NCBI GenBank assembly: GCA_040182905.1
Contig: JARQWU010000040.1
Span: forward strand, 1-53,750
Direction: 5' to 3'
Length of the DNA stretch: 53,750 bases
Origin: Barthelona sp. PAP020
Lineage: Eukaryota
Of the stretch, positions 20,647-31,600 are shown piece by piece (positions within the stretch are counted from its first letter, which is position 1; every line of letters starts with the position of its first letter). Made by a program: the position numbers and the translations under genes. The notes beneath the pieces were generated by a model. The model saw nothing but the letters and a program-made list of their open reading frames with translations, ran no database searches and was not told the DNA's origin.

Positions 20647-20846
20647 GCTTGTTCTTTTCAATAAATTTGTTGTGAAACATTTATTTTTGTTATGTTTTTA
20701 ATGTGGGATCATGTTTTTTTTTTTTTCGAACAAGTGCTGAAATCGGATCAAAAGCAATTCTGTTTTTCATCAAATTTTTTTTTTTTTAATTCTTTTCCCA
20801 AATACTTTTTTTGCATTCAATTTAGGTTTGGTCTGAATTATTGTTG

Positions 20847-21797
20847 ATGATTGAGAAACAGTTAGGTCTTGGAAAACAAATTTGTGAGATTGAAACCAGT
20901 ATTTATATCAATCCTCTTCAATATTCTCCAGATAGTAATTATTTAGCTACTAGTGATGATTCATGTAATATTTTCATTTTTGATGTACGTAATGGTTATG
21001 ATTTTCTTAGAAGAATAGAAAGCTATGATTCACATACTACTTTTACTTTTTCTAATGATAGTACCTTACTTGCGGCTTCATATCACAAACGAATTGACAT
21101 CCATAATGTTAAAGATAGTTCCTGTGAAGTTTTAAGAATTGATAGCCCTCATACTGCCCACATTACTGGTCTTTCTTTTTCTCCTTATGGAAATATGCTT
21201 GCTTACGGTGATGCTGAAGGTAATGTTGTTATTTATGATCTTAAATCAAACACTGAATTGCAAAGACGTCATTGTATGGATGGATTCATTTGGAATGTGA
21301 TTTTTTCACATGATGGTGCTTTGTTGGCTATCAGTAGTCTGGATAAGGAAATTAAATTGTTTGACTTTTATCCAAATGAACTGCATTTACGTGAAACTTA
21401 CACTGATCAATTGGATGAAATTCGTTTCTTACAGTTTGATCCTTCCGATTCTTATTTGGTTTCATGCTGTCAAGACGGTTCTACTTTTATTCGGGACTGG
21501 CGTAATTCTCGTTCCACAATCATCAATACTGATGTACCTAATTATCATCTAGCCTTTATGTCTGTGAATAAGGACAATTTGTCCCTTGCACATGTATTTT
21601 ATTGTGCCAATTATTCTCGATTTTTTGTTTATTCCATTGAATCTGGATTAGATGAGTTGTCTTTTGATTTTGGTGATCGTCGTATCAGATCTTTTGCATT
21701 TTCAAATGATTTGCAACATGTTGTTATTGAGCAGTATAATGCCGATTACCCTAATTCATCAGGTTCAACTTTACATGTGTTTGAATTAGATTTGTAA
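20847..21797 (+). CDS. WD40-repeat protein
   Basis: YSPDSNYLA, HTAHITGLSFSPYG, FSHDGALLA and FDPSDSYLVS repeats. ATG at 20847. Confidence 0.88.
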   Translation: MIEKQLGLGKQICEIETSIYINPLQYSPDSNYLATSDDSCNIFIFDVRNGYDFLRRIESYDSHTTFTFSNDSTLLAASYHKRIDIHNVKDSSCEVLRIDSPHTAHITGLSFSPYGNMLAYGDAEGNVVIYDLKSNTELQRRHCMDGFIWNVIFSHDGALLAISSLDKEIKLFDFYPNELHLRETYTDQLDEIRFLQFDPSDSYLVSCCQDGSTFIRDWRNSRSTIINTDVPNYHLAFMSVNKDNLSLAHVFYCANYSRFFVYSIESGLDELSFDFGDRRIRSFAFSNDLQHVVIEQYNADYPNSSGSTLHVFELDL

Positions 21798-22039
21798 ATA
21801 GTTCTGTGAGTTTTTTTTCATTTCATTTATTTTCCTCAAAACTTTGTCCATCTCATTTCTTTCTCAATAATTTAAATACAGGGATTAAAACAAGAAAGAA
21901 TTTTAGGACAAAATGCTGTAACCAAAGATGAAAGTTCTATTCATCATAAATAGTCAAATTGATTGGCCTCAAATTCGATAAGTTTTGGAATTCTATGGAT
22001 ATAACGTAAAAATAAATAATCATTTCATTTATGAACGAA

Positions 22040-22384
22040 CTACAATTTTTTTCTCTGAAAATCATCAGATAAACTTTTATTAACAATCATACATCCAGGT
22101 TTATTGACTAATTCAACTTGTGGAAAACTGTCTTTAGCCTTTAATTCTGTCAAATGAATACCATTTTGTTCTTTCAAAAGTGCAGCATTAAAAACTGAAC
22201 TTTCTTCTAAAATTTCGCTTTCATTACCATTATGGTTTTGAATATCAACGGCTAATTCAATGAGATTATTGGTTAATTTGAATTTTAATTCAATTAATTG
22301 AAAAATGCAATTCGGATGAACATCAGCTCCATATTTTTCACAAAATTCTTCCATTTCTATTTCATCTTTTTGTTTTTTAGACAT
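22040..22384 (-). CDS. Small hypothetical protein
   Basis: 114-aa ATG ORF with coding-like composition, divergent from NOM1; family not recognised. Confidence 0.65.
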   Translation of the reverse strand: MSKKQKDEIEMEEFCEKYGADVHPNCIFQLIELKFKLTNNLIELAVDIQNHNGNESEILEESSVFNAALLKEQNGIHLTELKAKDSFPQVELVNKPGCMIVNKSLSDDFQRKKL

Positions 22385-22447
22385 TGATTAAGTGTTAATT
22401 AAAAAAAAAAAGATGAACAATTTTCATAATTTATTAATTGTTGAAAT

Positions 22448-24958
22448 ATGTCCAAAAAATCCAAAGGAACCAAAAAAATCAAGTCCAAAGCGAATATTCC
22501 CAGTGAAGAATTCGATAATATTGATTATGAAGGAGATTATGAGGATATGGAATTGTTGAAAATGGAAAAAGAAATGGGATGGAAAAGTGGATCAATTGCC
22601 ACTGAATTTTATGAAGATGGGTTAGATGGCCTGTTAGATATACTTCCTGAATATCGTAATGAAGCTAATTCAATTCTTGACATTGAGAACATGGAAATTG
22701 ATTCAAATGATGAGGAAATGATCGAATTAAGGAATAATTATTTAAAATATTTGGGTAAAGCAAGTGTTGAAAATAAGCATGTTGAAGTTGAAAGTGAGGA
22801 TGATGAGTCTGAAGTGGATTTGGGCGATAACGATAGTTTAAAACGCGAACCAACACTTTTTGATGAAGATAGTGATGAAGAAGTGGTTGTTCATGTTTTT
22901 AAAGGTGATGGGAATGTGAAAATCGAGATTTCTGTTGACAGTAAAGACGAAACAGAAAGCAGTGATTCCGACCGTGATTCTGACAGTGAATCTGAATATG
23001 ATTCCTCAAGTGATTCCTCAAGTGACTCTGACAGTGGATCTGAAAGTGAGTCTAGTGATGAGTCTGAAAATGGTTCTGGCGATGATTCTGACACTAATCA
23101 AAATTCAAACGAAGAAGACAGTTCAGACGAAGGAGAAAGCTCAGATGAAGACGATGAAGAAGATGAAGCCTCGGAAGTTGGGGAAAATGACCAAAATATT
23201 GGATCAAATGATGAAAACGATGACGAAATCAATGACTCTGATAATGAAAATTATATGGGTTCTGACTTCAGAATCAGTCAAGAACCACAATTGGGAGATC
23301 TTCCACCCCTTAATAATATTTTGGAAGAAGAAGAAGCCAAACGAACACTTAGCACCATCACCAAGTTTTTCAATCAACTGACTAGGCAATCATTAACGGA
23401 AATGACAACAAACATGGCTAGCCTTTATGCTACGAAATCGAACTTGATTGTTGACGAAGGTATATCAATTGCATATTGTGGGATAGCATCACAGCCAACA
23501 CGTGTTGTTGAGAATTTAATGGCAGTTGCAAGTGCGATGGTTGTTGCTTTGCAACGAAGAAATGTTTCATTACAACTCATTCACACAGTTGTTTTACGAT
23601 GTACTAGAAAATTGGTCAATTTAGCATATAAATGCATTTTGACTAAGGATTATCAAGATCTTGAACAGATTGGAGCTCATTATCTTTTAGGATTAAGCTA
23701 TTTATTTTTTTTCAATACTATCTCGTCAAAATTTATTTTTGAGTTATTTTTCTTTCTCTTTAACCCATGGTTGTCTTCAATATATGAACTAGAAATGGAA
23801 AAATCACCGAATTTGGTTGATTTAGATGAAGAATATGTTTGTTCAGTTTTTCAGTTGCTATTGCCTTGTTTGAGAAGAATTGGCCAGTATTATCGAAAGA
23901 ATGATTTTGCTAACACCAAGAATCTTTTATTATTGATAGAATTAACCGATAAAACATCCAAGAGTATCAGATATAATGTGTTAAAGGAAGAAATTCTAGC
24001 AATATTGAACTCATTGATAGGTAAGAAGAATTTTCAATCAAATAAGAAATTGAATTCGCTGATGAGTCTCAATGAATCAAGTTTGACTATTGATCTTATT
24101 CAATTCTTGTCCACATTTCCCAAACAACCATTGATCAATTTTGAGATAAGGAAATTGCTTGATCCAACAATTACTCCTTCAAAATTAAGTTTAACTAAGG
24201 TCATTACTGAGGATGCTCCAATTCAATTTGTTGAAGAAGATCCAAAATTGCGAAAAATATACAAAAAATTGAGAATTACTTCTAATGTGAAGAAATCGAT
24301 AGTCAAATGCATTTTTGAAAGTAAAAACCCTGAACATTGCTATATATTGATCAATAAATTACAGTTAACAAAGTATCAGCAACAAGACATTATCATTATG
24401 CTTCTGCATTGTTGTTTAAAGTCTTCTACTAAGAATTATTCTTCATTTTATCCTTTGGCTATTCAAGAATTCCTCATTAATGGTACTTCAAAATCAAAAA
24501 AAAAAATGAACTTGACATTAAGGTTGATTGTTAAGGATAAATTTAAAACAGGAGATTTCAATCCAAATTTAAGCTTGGCCCTTGGAGATTTAATCTCAAA
24601 TCAAATTATTCCATTGAACTTTTTTGAAAATTTCCCCATTACTCATGCAATCCATTTGTATGTCAATAGTGGCTATCAATCCACAACTATATCTGAAGTT
24701 TTGTTTGTTCAACTATTATTCACCAAAATTTTTTCAAAAGATAGCAACACTGTCAAGGCTATTTTTATGGACCTTTGGAAAACAAATCATTACGAATTTC
24801 AAAGAGATTTGGTTGATTTAGTTCGAGAATTTTTCATAAGTCCAGTGATTGTTCTTGGACAGAAAAGTTTTTTTAAGCAAATCAATGTTACAGAAGAACA
24901 ATGGAACATTATTGATGGTAATGTCAAATTGATTAGAAAAGAATTTAAGAAGCCATAA
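22448..24958 (+). CDS. NOM1: Nucleolar MIF4G-domain protein NOM1/Sgd1
   Basis: N-terminal EDGLDGLL motif, long acidic Ser/Asp tract, MIF4G start (FNQLT..S) and MA3-like C-terminal region (KSIVKCI, DIIIMLLHCC, YSSFY). Confidence 0.8.
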   Translation: MSKKSKGTKKIKSKANIPSEEFDNIDYEGDYEDMELLKMEKEMGWKSGSIATEFYEDGLDGLLDILPEYRNEANSILDIENMEIDSNDEEMIELRNNYLKYLGKASVENKHVEVESEDDESEVDLGDNDSLKREPTLFDEDSDEEVVVHVFKGDGNVKIEISVDSKDETESSDSDRDSDSESEYDSSSDSSSDSDSGSESESSDESENGSGDDSDTNQNSNEEDSSDEGESSDEDDEEDEASEVGENDQNIGSNDENDDEINDSDNENYMGSDFRISQEPQLGDLPPLNNILEEEEAKRTLSTITKFFNQLTRQSLTEMTTNMASLYATKSNLIVDEGISIAYCGIASQPTRVVENLMAVASAMVVALQRRNVSLQLIHTVVLRCTRKLVNLAYKCILTKDYQDLEQIGAHYLLGLSYLFFFNTISSKFIFELFFFLFNPWLSSIYELEMEKSPNLVDLDEEYVCSVFQLLLPCLRRIGQYYRKNDFANTKNLLLLIELTDKTSKSIRYNVLKEEILAILNSLIGKKNFQSNKKLNSLMSLNESSLTIDLIQFLSTFPKQPLINFEIRKLLDPTITPSKLSLTKVITEDAPIQFVEEDPKLRKIYKKLRITSNVKKSIVKCIFESKNPEHCYILINKLQLTKYQQQDIIIMLLHCCLKSSTKNYSSFYPLAIQEFLINGTSKSKKKMNLTLRLIVKDKFKTGDFNPNLSLALGDLISNQIIPLNFFENFPITHAIHLYVNSGYQSTTISEVLFVQLLFTKIFSKDSNTVKAIFMDLWKTNHYEFQRDLVDLVREFFISPVIVLGQKSFFKQINVTEEQWNIIDGNVKLIRKEFKKP

Positions 24959-25532
24959 CAAGGTATATTGGGGCAATCAAAATTGTCGATGAATTTCATC
25001 GCAACAATTATAAATCAAGTTTTCAGATGTTTATTTTTGCAATTGTCTTTTTTGTATTTCCAATAGGGTAAGGCTTTTGATGGTATTATCTGAAATAAGC
25101 TTCTTTTCAAATTGTTCATATATTGTTAAACTGATGAATGGGTGGGATTGATTACATTTCTTCAAAAGTCCTTCACTAATTTTGGGCTTATTAAATGGCA
25201 AATAAATAAAAAACAAATCAACATCTTTATAAATTAAGCGTCTTTCATAGATACAAAATTTCCCTCCAACCAAGCAAATCCTGATTTGATGAATATATCT
25301 TTCTTCAAAAATTTCCACATCTCACATCGTTCATTCATACATAGATAAATGTTAGAGGCATATTGGGCAGTAAAAATGGTGCTACAAAAAATTTTTTTAA
25401 TAAAGTGACAACTAAAGCTTTTTGTCAATCAAAAAACAACAAACTCCTCTATAAATTATCTTCAAAAAGCTTTGTAACTTCTATTTTTTATCTTTTACAC
25501 CCATATTCATAGTGTTTTTTCATATAAACACT

Positions 25533-27371
25533 CTACAATAGAATAAACTCACCACTGTCCAAATCATCATCATCATCATCTTCATTTTCAATGGTAAAAT
25601 TTAGTGAATCAAAAGTACACGTGTTTTGTTCCCATTCCTCAATTTTTTTTTGTAATCCACTCAATTTTTCAATTGTTTGAGGATTTTTAAACATATTCAC
25701 AATAGTTTCTTGCTTTTCCTTTTCAAATTTGAAGTTACAAAACACATCAAAGATATGCTGTGAACAACCAACACAATATCCAACTTTTTCCATTTCAATT
25801 TGATGAAACGAGAAATCATTCAAAAACATTCGAATACCATCAGGTACATCCCCAATACATCCAACTGGTTTATGCAGGAAATTAATGTACAGTTCAACCA
25901 ATTGAGATGAAGCAATCGCCGCCAAGCCAGGTCGTGTGGCAGTACAACGTTGATCAAAAGGAATGTTGGGATTGTGTTGTGGAGCAGAAACCATGTTACA
26001 AAAGTAACATCCACATGTTTCGTCTTGTTTGTTGATCAGTAATGCATCATAGGATAAGGCCGCATTAAAAAGAGGCTTTCCATTGACTTTAGCTAAAATT
26101 GAGGGAAGCCATCTTGATTCAATTGAATCAGTCAGAAGGAATACACAGTCAACTTTGCTAATGATTTCATTCAACGTTTCAATCTGTTGCAATAAACAAT
26201 CATATGTTAGATGTTGCACGGATCCAGGAACAGGTATTGTCATATGATGTTTTTCAACACAAAGATGGTTAACCATTGAAGTCAATGATTCTTTGATACA
26301 ATCAACTTTTTTCCTTCCGATTTGATCTCTTGTGAAAAGATTTTGCCTGATTGGATTGGTATCCGATACATATCCGTTATCTAAAACAACAAAGTTTTCG
26401 ACTCCCCAAGCAACTAAAGTTCGAATCAAATTGCAACCTAAGGTGCCACAACCAATAACAAGTATTTTTTGCTTTGAGATCAAATTCAGATCTAGTAAAG
26501 GAGCAAATCGTTGCTTCATTACATTAAGTTGCTTTCTTGTCGAATGTTGTGTTGAAAGATATTCATGTAAACAAATACTTTTAAACAATTTTCCATTAGT
26601 TACTTCAAAACCCTGACGAATCGTATCATCAAGCGTTTCAAACAAAACTTTATAGTTGGTCATTGTAAGGCCTTCAGAAAACAACTTCACATAAAATTCA
26701 TTTGTATATGTGGAAATGAAAGCCAAAAACATTTGGAAAAAAAAAGAATATTTTTCTTTGGCGGAAAAGCGATCATAAAAATATAAATTCTCCATTTTAA
26801 AATCGAATTCGGATAATTTATCTTCTGTTAGATTTTCAACACAATTATTACAATTATTAAAAACACCAAAAGATAAATCTGGTTCAATAGAATAATCTTT
26901 TCCCGATTTAGTTGTAGTTTCATCAATATTTAACTTGTCTATTTGAAATGTTAACGTTTTACAAGGATATCCAAACGAATAGATAATCTTTGTTTTCTCA
27001 ATATCAAAATAAACATAACAATGGAATGATGGTCTTTTTAACCAATGTAAATAATCAATACTTTTATCAATAAACATTTGAAATTCTTTTTTATATTGAT
27101 TCTTTTCAATAAAAATATGAAATTGAACTTTTATTTCATTGTTCTTTATTTCAATGACATTTTTTTCAAATATATCATTAATTTCTACAATTAAACAGTT
27201 GGAATTCTCATAAATACTGCCAATAGTTGAAAACTCAAATCCTTTTTCATTTTTCTCAATTTGATTATTCACAAATTTCCATATATTAATCGATATTCTT
27301 GACTGAAGATTCATCTCCCAATTTGATGATTCCAGAAGGAATTCGGATAACAAATAAAATTTTTGTTTCAT
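25533..27371 (-). CDS. ATG7: Autophagy E1-like activating enzyme ATG7
   Basis: ThiF fold GCGTLGC, DNGYVSDTNPIRQ, FLLTDSIESRWLPS, NAAL, GCYFC and catalytic DQRCTATRPG. Confidence 0.95.
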   Translation of the reverse strand: MKQKFYLLSEFLLESSNWEMNLQSRISINIWKFVNNQIEKNEKGFEFSTIGSIYENSNCLIVEINDIFEKNVIEIKNNEIKVQFHIFIEKNQYKKEFQMFIDKSIDYLHWLKRPSFHCYVYFDIEKTKIIYSFGYPCKTLTFQIDKLNIDETTTKSGKDYSIEPDLSFGVFNNCNNCVENLTEDKLSEFDFKMENLYFYDRFSAKEKYSFFFQMFLAFISTYTNEFYVKLFSEGLTMTNYKVLFETLDDTIRQGFEVTNGKLFKSICLHEYLSTQHSTRKQLNVMKQRFAPLLDLNLISKQKILVIGCGTLGCNLIRTLVAWGVENFVVLDNGYVSDTNPIRQNLFTRDQIGRKKVDCIKESLTSMVNHLCVEKHHMTIPVPGSVQHLTYDCLLQQIETLNEIISKVDCVFLLTDSIESRWLPSILAKVNGKPLFNAALSYDALLINKQDETCGCYFCNMVSAPQHNPNIPFDQRCTATRPGLAAIASSQLVELYINFLHKPVGCIGDVPDGIRMFLNDFSFHQIEMEKVGYCVGCSQHIFDVFCNFKFEKEKQETIVNMFKNPQTIEKLSGLQKKIEEWEQNTCTFDSLNFTIENEDDDDDDLDSGEFILL

Positions 27372-27551
27372 TTTTTTTTACTGATAAATGAAAAAAATGG
27401 TTATTAATTTTAATAATACAGAATATACATATCATAAAAGTAAACGATTTATCATTGTTTGAGGTGTAAAATTACCAAATGAGAAGTTTTATTTTAAGTC
27501 ACATTTTCTTTAATTAGATTATTTTATTATGAATTCTTATTATTTGGTTAA

Positions 27552-30500
27552 ATGAATGCAGTTAAATTAGAAAATATAGATATTAGTTCAACTAACAAAG
27601 ACATACACGAATTCGTTCCTGCAAAAGAAGTTAGATATTGTATTGAACGAATTGAAAAGGATGCAATATTAATGAAAGAGAATTATGTGAAGTTATATGA
27701 TGATTTAAAGCGTTCATTTGAAGATCTCACCAGAAAACATCAAAGATTAATCGATTCAGAAAAACGGAAATTAGATAGAAAATCTCAAGAAAAGATTAAT
27801 TTATTAGAAGGAAAGATACGAACAACAAAACGTGAAGTTGCACAATATAAAAATGAATTAAACATCATCATGACTGATTTTCCCGAGCAAATAGATGATG
27901 CTAGACATCAGGTTAGTAAATTGATAAAGATACGAAATAAGTTAGAATCTGAAATTGATTTGAAGGAGGAGGAAAATAAGCTTTTGATTGAGAAGGTTAT
28001 TTTGCAAAGAAAGAATAATGTTGAAACATTATCTGGAGTGAAGGAACAATTGGAGTATTTTCTGGAGCATTTTGACTTAAAGATTCATGAGATAAGAAAA
28101 GAGTCACAGGGCATTCAAAACCATGTTATTCGATTGGAAAATTTGATCAAATACCAAAAAGTTCGAGAAAGTGTTGCATCTGTTGATGTTGATGGTCTTG
28201 ATCCACAAAGGTCTAGTGTTCTACTTCGTCGTTTGAGTATTGGTTCCTCATCTTCGGTTGAAAGCTTATCTAATTTGAATGATACACCTTCTGTTTCAAA
28301 GTTTGCTACAATAAGTTCACAAGGAGAAGTTTTTGAAAGTGAAGAGGAAGAAGAAGAAGAAGAAGAAGAAGAAGAAGAAGAAGAAGAAGAAGATATTGGT
28401 GTTAATGAAGCAAGAGATAAATCTTTTGATGATGAGAGCATTGGAGCAATTTTGAATAAATTTTTGACTCATTATTCAATAAGAGATTTATTTCATGAAT
28501 TTGATACATCTTTTATTGAAAAGAGAGTTAATGAATATTTTGACAACATTTTAATGCCTTTTTATAAGGATATTGGTTCTATTGTTGAAGAAGAGGATAT
28601 AAGTTTTGATTCTGATCGAATTGATATCCTTACTTTAGAATTGAACAAATTGCTAGTAAGTTTTAAGGATATTACTGAAGATATTTTAAATCAATATGTG
28701 TATTCGATAGAATCTGCTTGTTCTTTATCTGTTGTATATTTATTAGCTAAAGAACTTGATATACAGTTGATAAATGACGATAATTTGGAGTTTTTCATTA
28801 ATAAAGCAAATAATGATGTTTCTGTCGGTTTTTCTGTATTGATTGGTTTATTAACAAAGATATGTACAAAAATAATGGAAATTTTTGAAATTTTTGAGAA
28901 TTTTTCTTCTTCTTCCTCTCATAACAATCAAAATGAGGTTTTAGCAGTCACTCAATTGCTTCCAATTTCTCCAATTATTGGTAATAATGATATTGATACC
29001 AATCAAAGTGATAGTGAGGAAGAAGAAGAAGAAGAAGAAGAAGAAGAAGAAGAAGAAGATAGTGATGATGTTAATGATGAAGCAAGAGAAATACAAGATC
29101 ATTTAGTTGTTCAGGAAGAAGAACAAGTGGTAATAGTAGAAGAAGAAGAAGAATTAAACGAACTGGAAGTTGAAGAAAAAGAACAGATTTTAATTGCTAA
29201 GATCAATAATTGTTCATTAAAAATTGAAGAATTAGAAAGAACATTAACCTCTCTTAATGAAAAAGCGAAAGAAATTGAAGAAGACAAAAAACAAATCAGA
29301 TTATTAGCTAAACGTAGATGGTGGAAGTTAAAGAATTCTCAAATAAAGATAGAAGCCGAGAAAACGGAGATGGAGATGGTTGATTTGAATAATCAAGCAG
29401 AATCAGCAAATATGGATAAAAATAAAAATGTTGACAACTTAGAAAGAACATACACACAAGATGACTCTTCATCAGATACATTTGATAAAGAAGCTTACAT
29501 AGAAAATTGTAGATTAGATCATATCACACAAGAATCATATATAGAAAAGACAAATGAATTAATTGAGGGTCTTTCGTTAAAATATAAGGATTGGATATGT
29601 ATTGAAGAAGTTGAAGATAAGATTGAACAAGAGTTGGCACAAATAAAAGAAGAAGTTTCAATTTTAGAAGAAGAATTGAATAAAGAATTACATATAACAA
29701 CCATTGATGTTGAAAAAGTACGTATGGAGGTTTCAAAAGAAATGGAAATGTTAGATGAACAAATCAATGATAAAAAAATGTATATTATATCTAAAAGAGA
29801 AGAAGAAAAGATGTTAGACAAAGAAATTACACAAAAGAAAGAGTATGTTAAGGAATTGGAAGAGCTTTCCAAAAGTTTAACACAAAACTTAAATGAAGTA
29901 AGACTGAAGTCTAAGAAAGTGGGAGAACTTCTGAAAGAGAAAGAGAAGATCATTACCTCATTGAAAGAACTACAACAAGAACATGAAAACATATTGAATC
30001 AGCTGAATGATTCCCATAAAATTGCAAAAAATAAAATTTCCAGTGACATAAAAAAGGCACAAAATAATTTGAATGATGAACGACGTATTGTTTTGGGCGG
30101 GTTGGAAATTGAGCTCAATGAACTCAAAGATTTTGTTACCACAAAAGATGAGGAATTGATTGAAAAGACTGAAGAATTGGGCAAGGTGAATGATGTCATT
30201 TCACAGTCTATTGACACTATAAATAAATTAGAGAAAGAAAATACAGAATTAAAGACATCATTGAAAGATTTTAAAGAAAAGAAGAAGCAATTCAAACAGT
30301 TGGATCAAAAAAGCAAAGAACTCGAATCTGGTATCAAATTTATGAAAAATTCACAAACTTATCTGTTCAATGAACGGTCAAGAATACAAAACGAAATAGA
30401 AGATTTAAAAGGTAATGTTCGAGTGTTTTGTCGTATTAGACCTATGAACAAATCAGAACGAGCAGAAAATTGTTTTCCTACCATTGCCGCCACATCTAAA

Positions 30501-31550
30501 CAAATTCATCACAAAGAGTTGGGCATTGATAGTGAGAAGGAATCTGCACATGATTCAACATACAATTTGTCCAAAGTGTTTACAGATGATACTTCTCAAT
30601 ACGAAGTATTTGAAGAAGTTCAAAATCTAATTCCATCATTCTTCGACGGTTTTAATTGCACAATATTTGCATATGGTCAAACTGGATCTGGTAAGACTTA
30701 TACCATGATCGGGCCATCTTCTGCAGAAGAAAGAAAAGAAAATACAGATTCTTTGGGTATTATGTACAGAACCATGGCACGAGTATTTCTTGAAATGGAA
30801 GAAAGAAGCAACACTCATGATTTTGTTCTTGAATTAAGTGCTGTTGAAATTTTATACGATAGTGTGCATGACATCATAGGGAATGAAAAAGAGCTTAAAA
30901 AGAATTATTTAAGAAGACCACATAAACACACAACAGTTGTTGTTGATTCGTATGATACATGTGTGGCAAGATTGGATGATTCTGCTAAAAAGAGAAGCAC
31001 CATGGCTGCTGCCCATGCAGAATCATCTAGATCTCATTTCTTAATCACTTTGACTTTGAGCAAAAAACCAAAGAATGCTCCTGATAGTGAATTTACATCA
31101 AATTTCCTTCACTTAGTAGATTTAGCTGGTTCTGAAAAGGTGATGGGTGATGGATTGTTAAAACTTCAAGGTATTGCCATCAATCAATCATTGTCTACTT
31201 TAAGACGTGTTATCCAAGCTATTGTTGATGGAAGTCATGTTCCCTATCGTGATTCTGTGTTGACATATATTTTAAAAAGTAGTTTGGGAGGTGATGCTAA
31301 AACTCTTATGTTTGTATGTGTTTCAACTGCAAATCGTGAATTTAATGAGACAAAGTCCACATTGAATTTTGCAAATGTTGCTAAACAGATGAAACAAGAC
31401 AATGTTGGAAGAGTTTTAGCAAAAAAGATTGAATTAAATAAAAAAGAATTGATCAGATTGACACGTTTATTAGGAAAAGATCTGGTTGAATCAGATATGG
31501 ATACGGACACTGAAACTGAAACAAATGAAATAGTAAGTGACGCTGATTAG
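27552..31550 (+). CDS. Kinesin-14 family C-terminal motor protein
   Basis: Long coiled coil, neck LKGNVRVFCRIRP, P-loop FAYGQTGSGKT, SSRSH, LVDLAGSE, HVPYRDS.LT and SLGGDAKTLM. Confidence 0.95.
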   Translation: MNAVKLENIDISSTNKDIHEFVPAKEVRYCIERIEKDAILMKENYVKLYDDLKRSFEDLTRKHQRLIDSEKRKLDRKSQEKINLLEGKIRTTKREVAQYKNELNIIMTDFPEQIDDARHQVSKLIKIRNKLESEIDLKEEENKLLIEKVILQRKNNVETLSGVKEQLEYFLEHFDLKIHEIRKESQGIQNHVIRLENLIKYQKVRESVASVDVDGLDPQRSSVLLRRLSIGSSSSVESLSNLNDTPSVSKFATISSQGEVFESEEEEEEEEEEEEEEEEEDIGVNEARDKSFDDESIGAILNKFLTHYSIRDLFHEFDTSFIEKRVNEYFDNILMPFYKDIGSIVEEEDISFDSDRIDILTLELNKLLVSFKDITEDILNQYVYSIESACSLSVVYLLAKELDIQLINDDNLEFFINKANNDVSVGFSVLIGLLTKICTKIMEIFEIFENFSSSSSHNNQNEVLAVTQLLPISPIIGNNDIDTNQSDSEEEEEEEEEEEEEEDSDDVNDEAREIQDHLVVQEEEQVVIVEEEEELNELEVEEKEQILIAKINNCSLKIEELERTLTSLNEKAKEIEEDKKQIRLLAKRRWWKLKNSQIKIEAEKTEMEMVDLNNQAESANMDKNKNVDNLERTYTQDDSSSDTFDKEAYIENCRLDHITQESYIEKTNELIEGLSLKYKDWICIEEVEDKIEQELAQIKEEVSILEEELNKELHITTIDVEKVRMEVSKEMEMLDEQINDKKMYIISKREEEKMLDKEITQKKEYVKELEELSKSLTQNLNEVRLKSKKVGELLKEKEKIITSLKELQQEHENILNQLNDSHKIAKNKISSDIKKAQNNLNDERRIVLGGLEIELNELKDFVTTKDEELIEKTEELGKVNDVISQSIDTINKLEKENTELKTSLKDFKEKKKQFKQLDQKSKELESGIKFMKNSQTYLFNERSRIQNEIEDLKGNVRVFCRIRPMNKSERAENCFPTIAATSKQIHHKELGIDSEKESAHDSTYNLSKVFTDDTSQYEVFEEVQNLIPSFFDGFNCTIFAYGQTGSGKTYTMIGPSSAEERKENTDSLGIMYRTMARVFLEMEERSNTHDFVLELSAVEILYDSVHDIIGNEKELKKNYLRRPHKHTTVVVDSYDTCVARLDDSAKKRSTMAAAHAESSRSHFLITLTLSKKPKNAPDSEFTSNFLHLVDLAGSEKVMGDGLLKLQGIAINQSLSTLRRVIQAIVDGSHVPYRDSVLTYILKSSLGGDAKTLMFVCVSTANREFNETKSTLNFANVAKQMKQDNVGRVLAKKIELNKKELIRLTRLLGKDLVESDMDTDTETETNEIVSDAD
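28347..28391 (+). repeat. (GAA)15 microsatellite encoding poly-Glu
   Basis: Perfect GAA run inside the kinesin CDS. Confidence 0.95.
29019..29057 (+). repeat. (GAA)13 microsatellite encoding poly-Glu
   Basis: Second perfect GAA run inside the kinesin CDS, with flanks similar to the first. Confidence 0.95.
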
Positions 31551-31600
31551 TGTCGCTCTTTATTTTTGCTACTTTTTTTTTAAACCGTCAAATGCAGAGG

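Noticed and set aside
25240..25330. KFLKKDIFIKSG...GGKFCIY resembling tRNA-splicing endonuclease Sen2/Sen34
   Set aside because: Needs a frame switch, and the downstream catalytic His/Lys motifs are missing.
28115..31510. Several minus-strand ORFs opposite kinesin-14
   Set aside because: Antisense artefacts of GAA-rich coding sequence.
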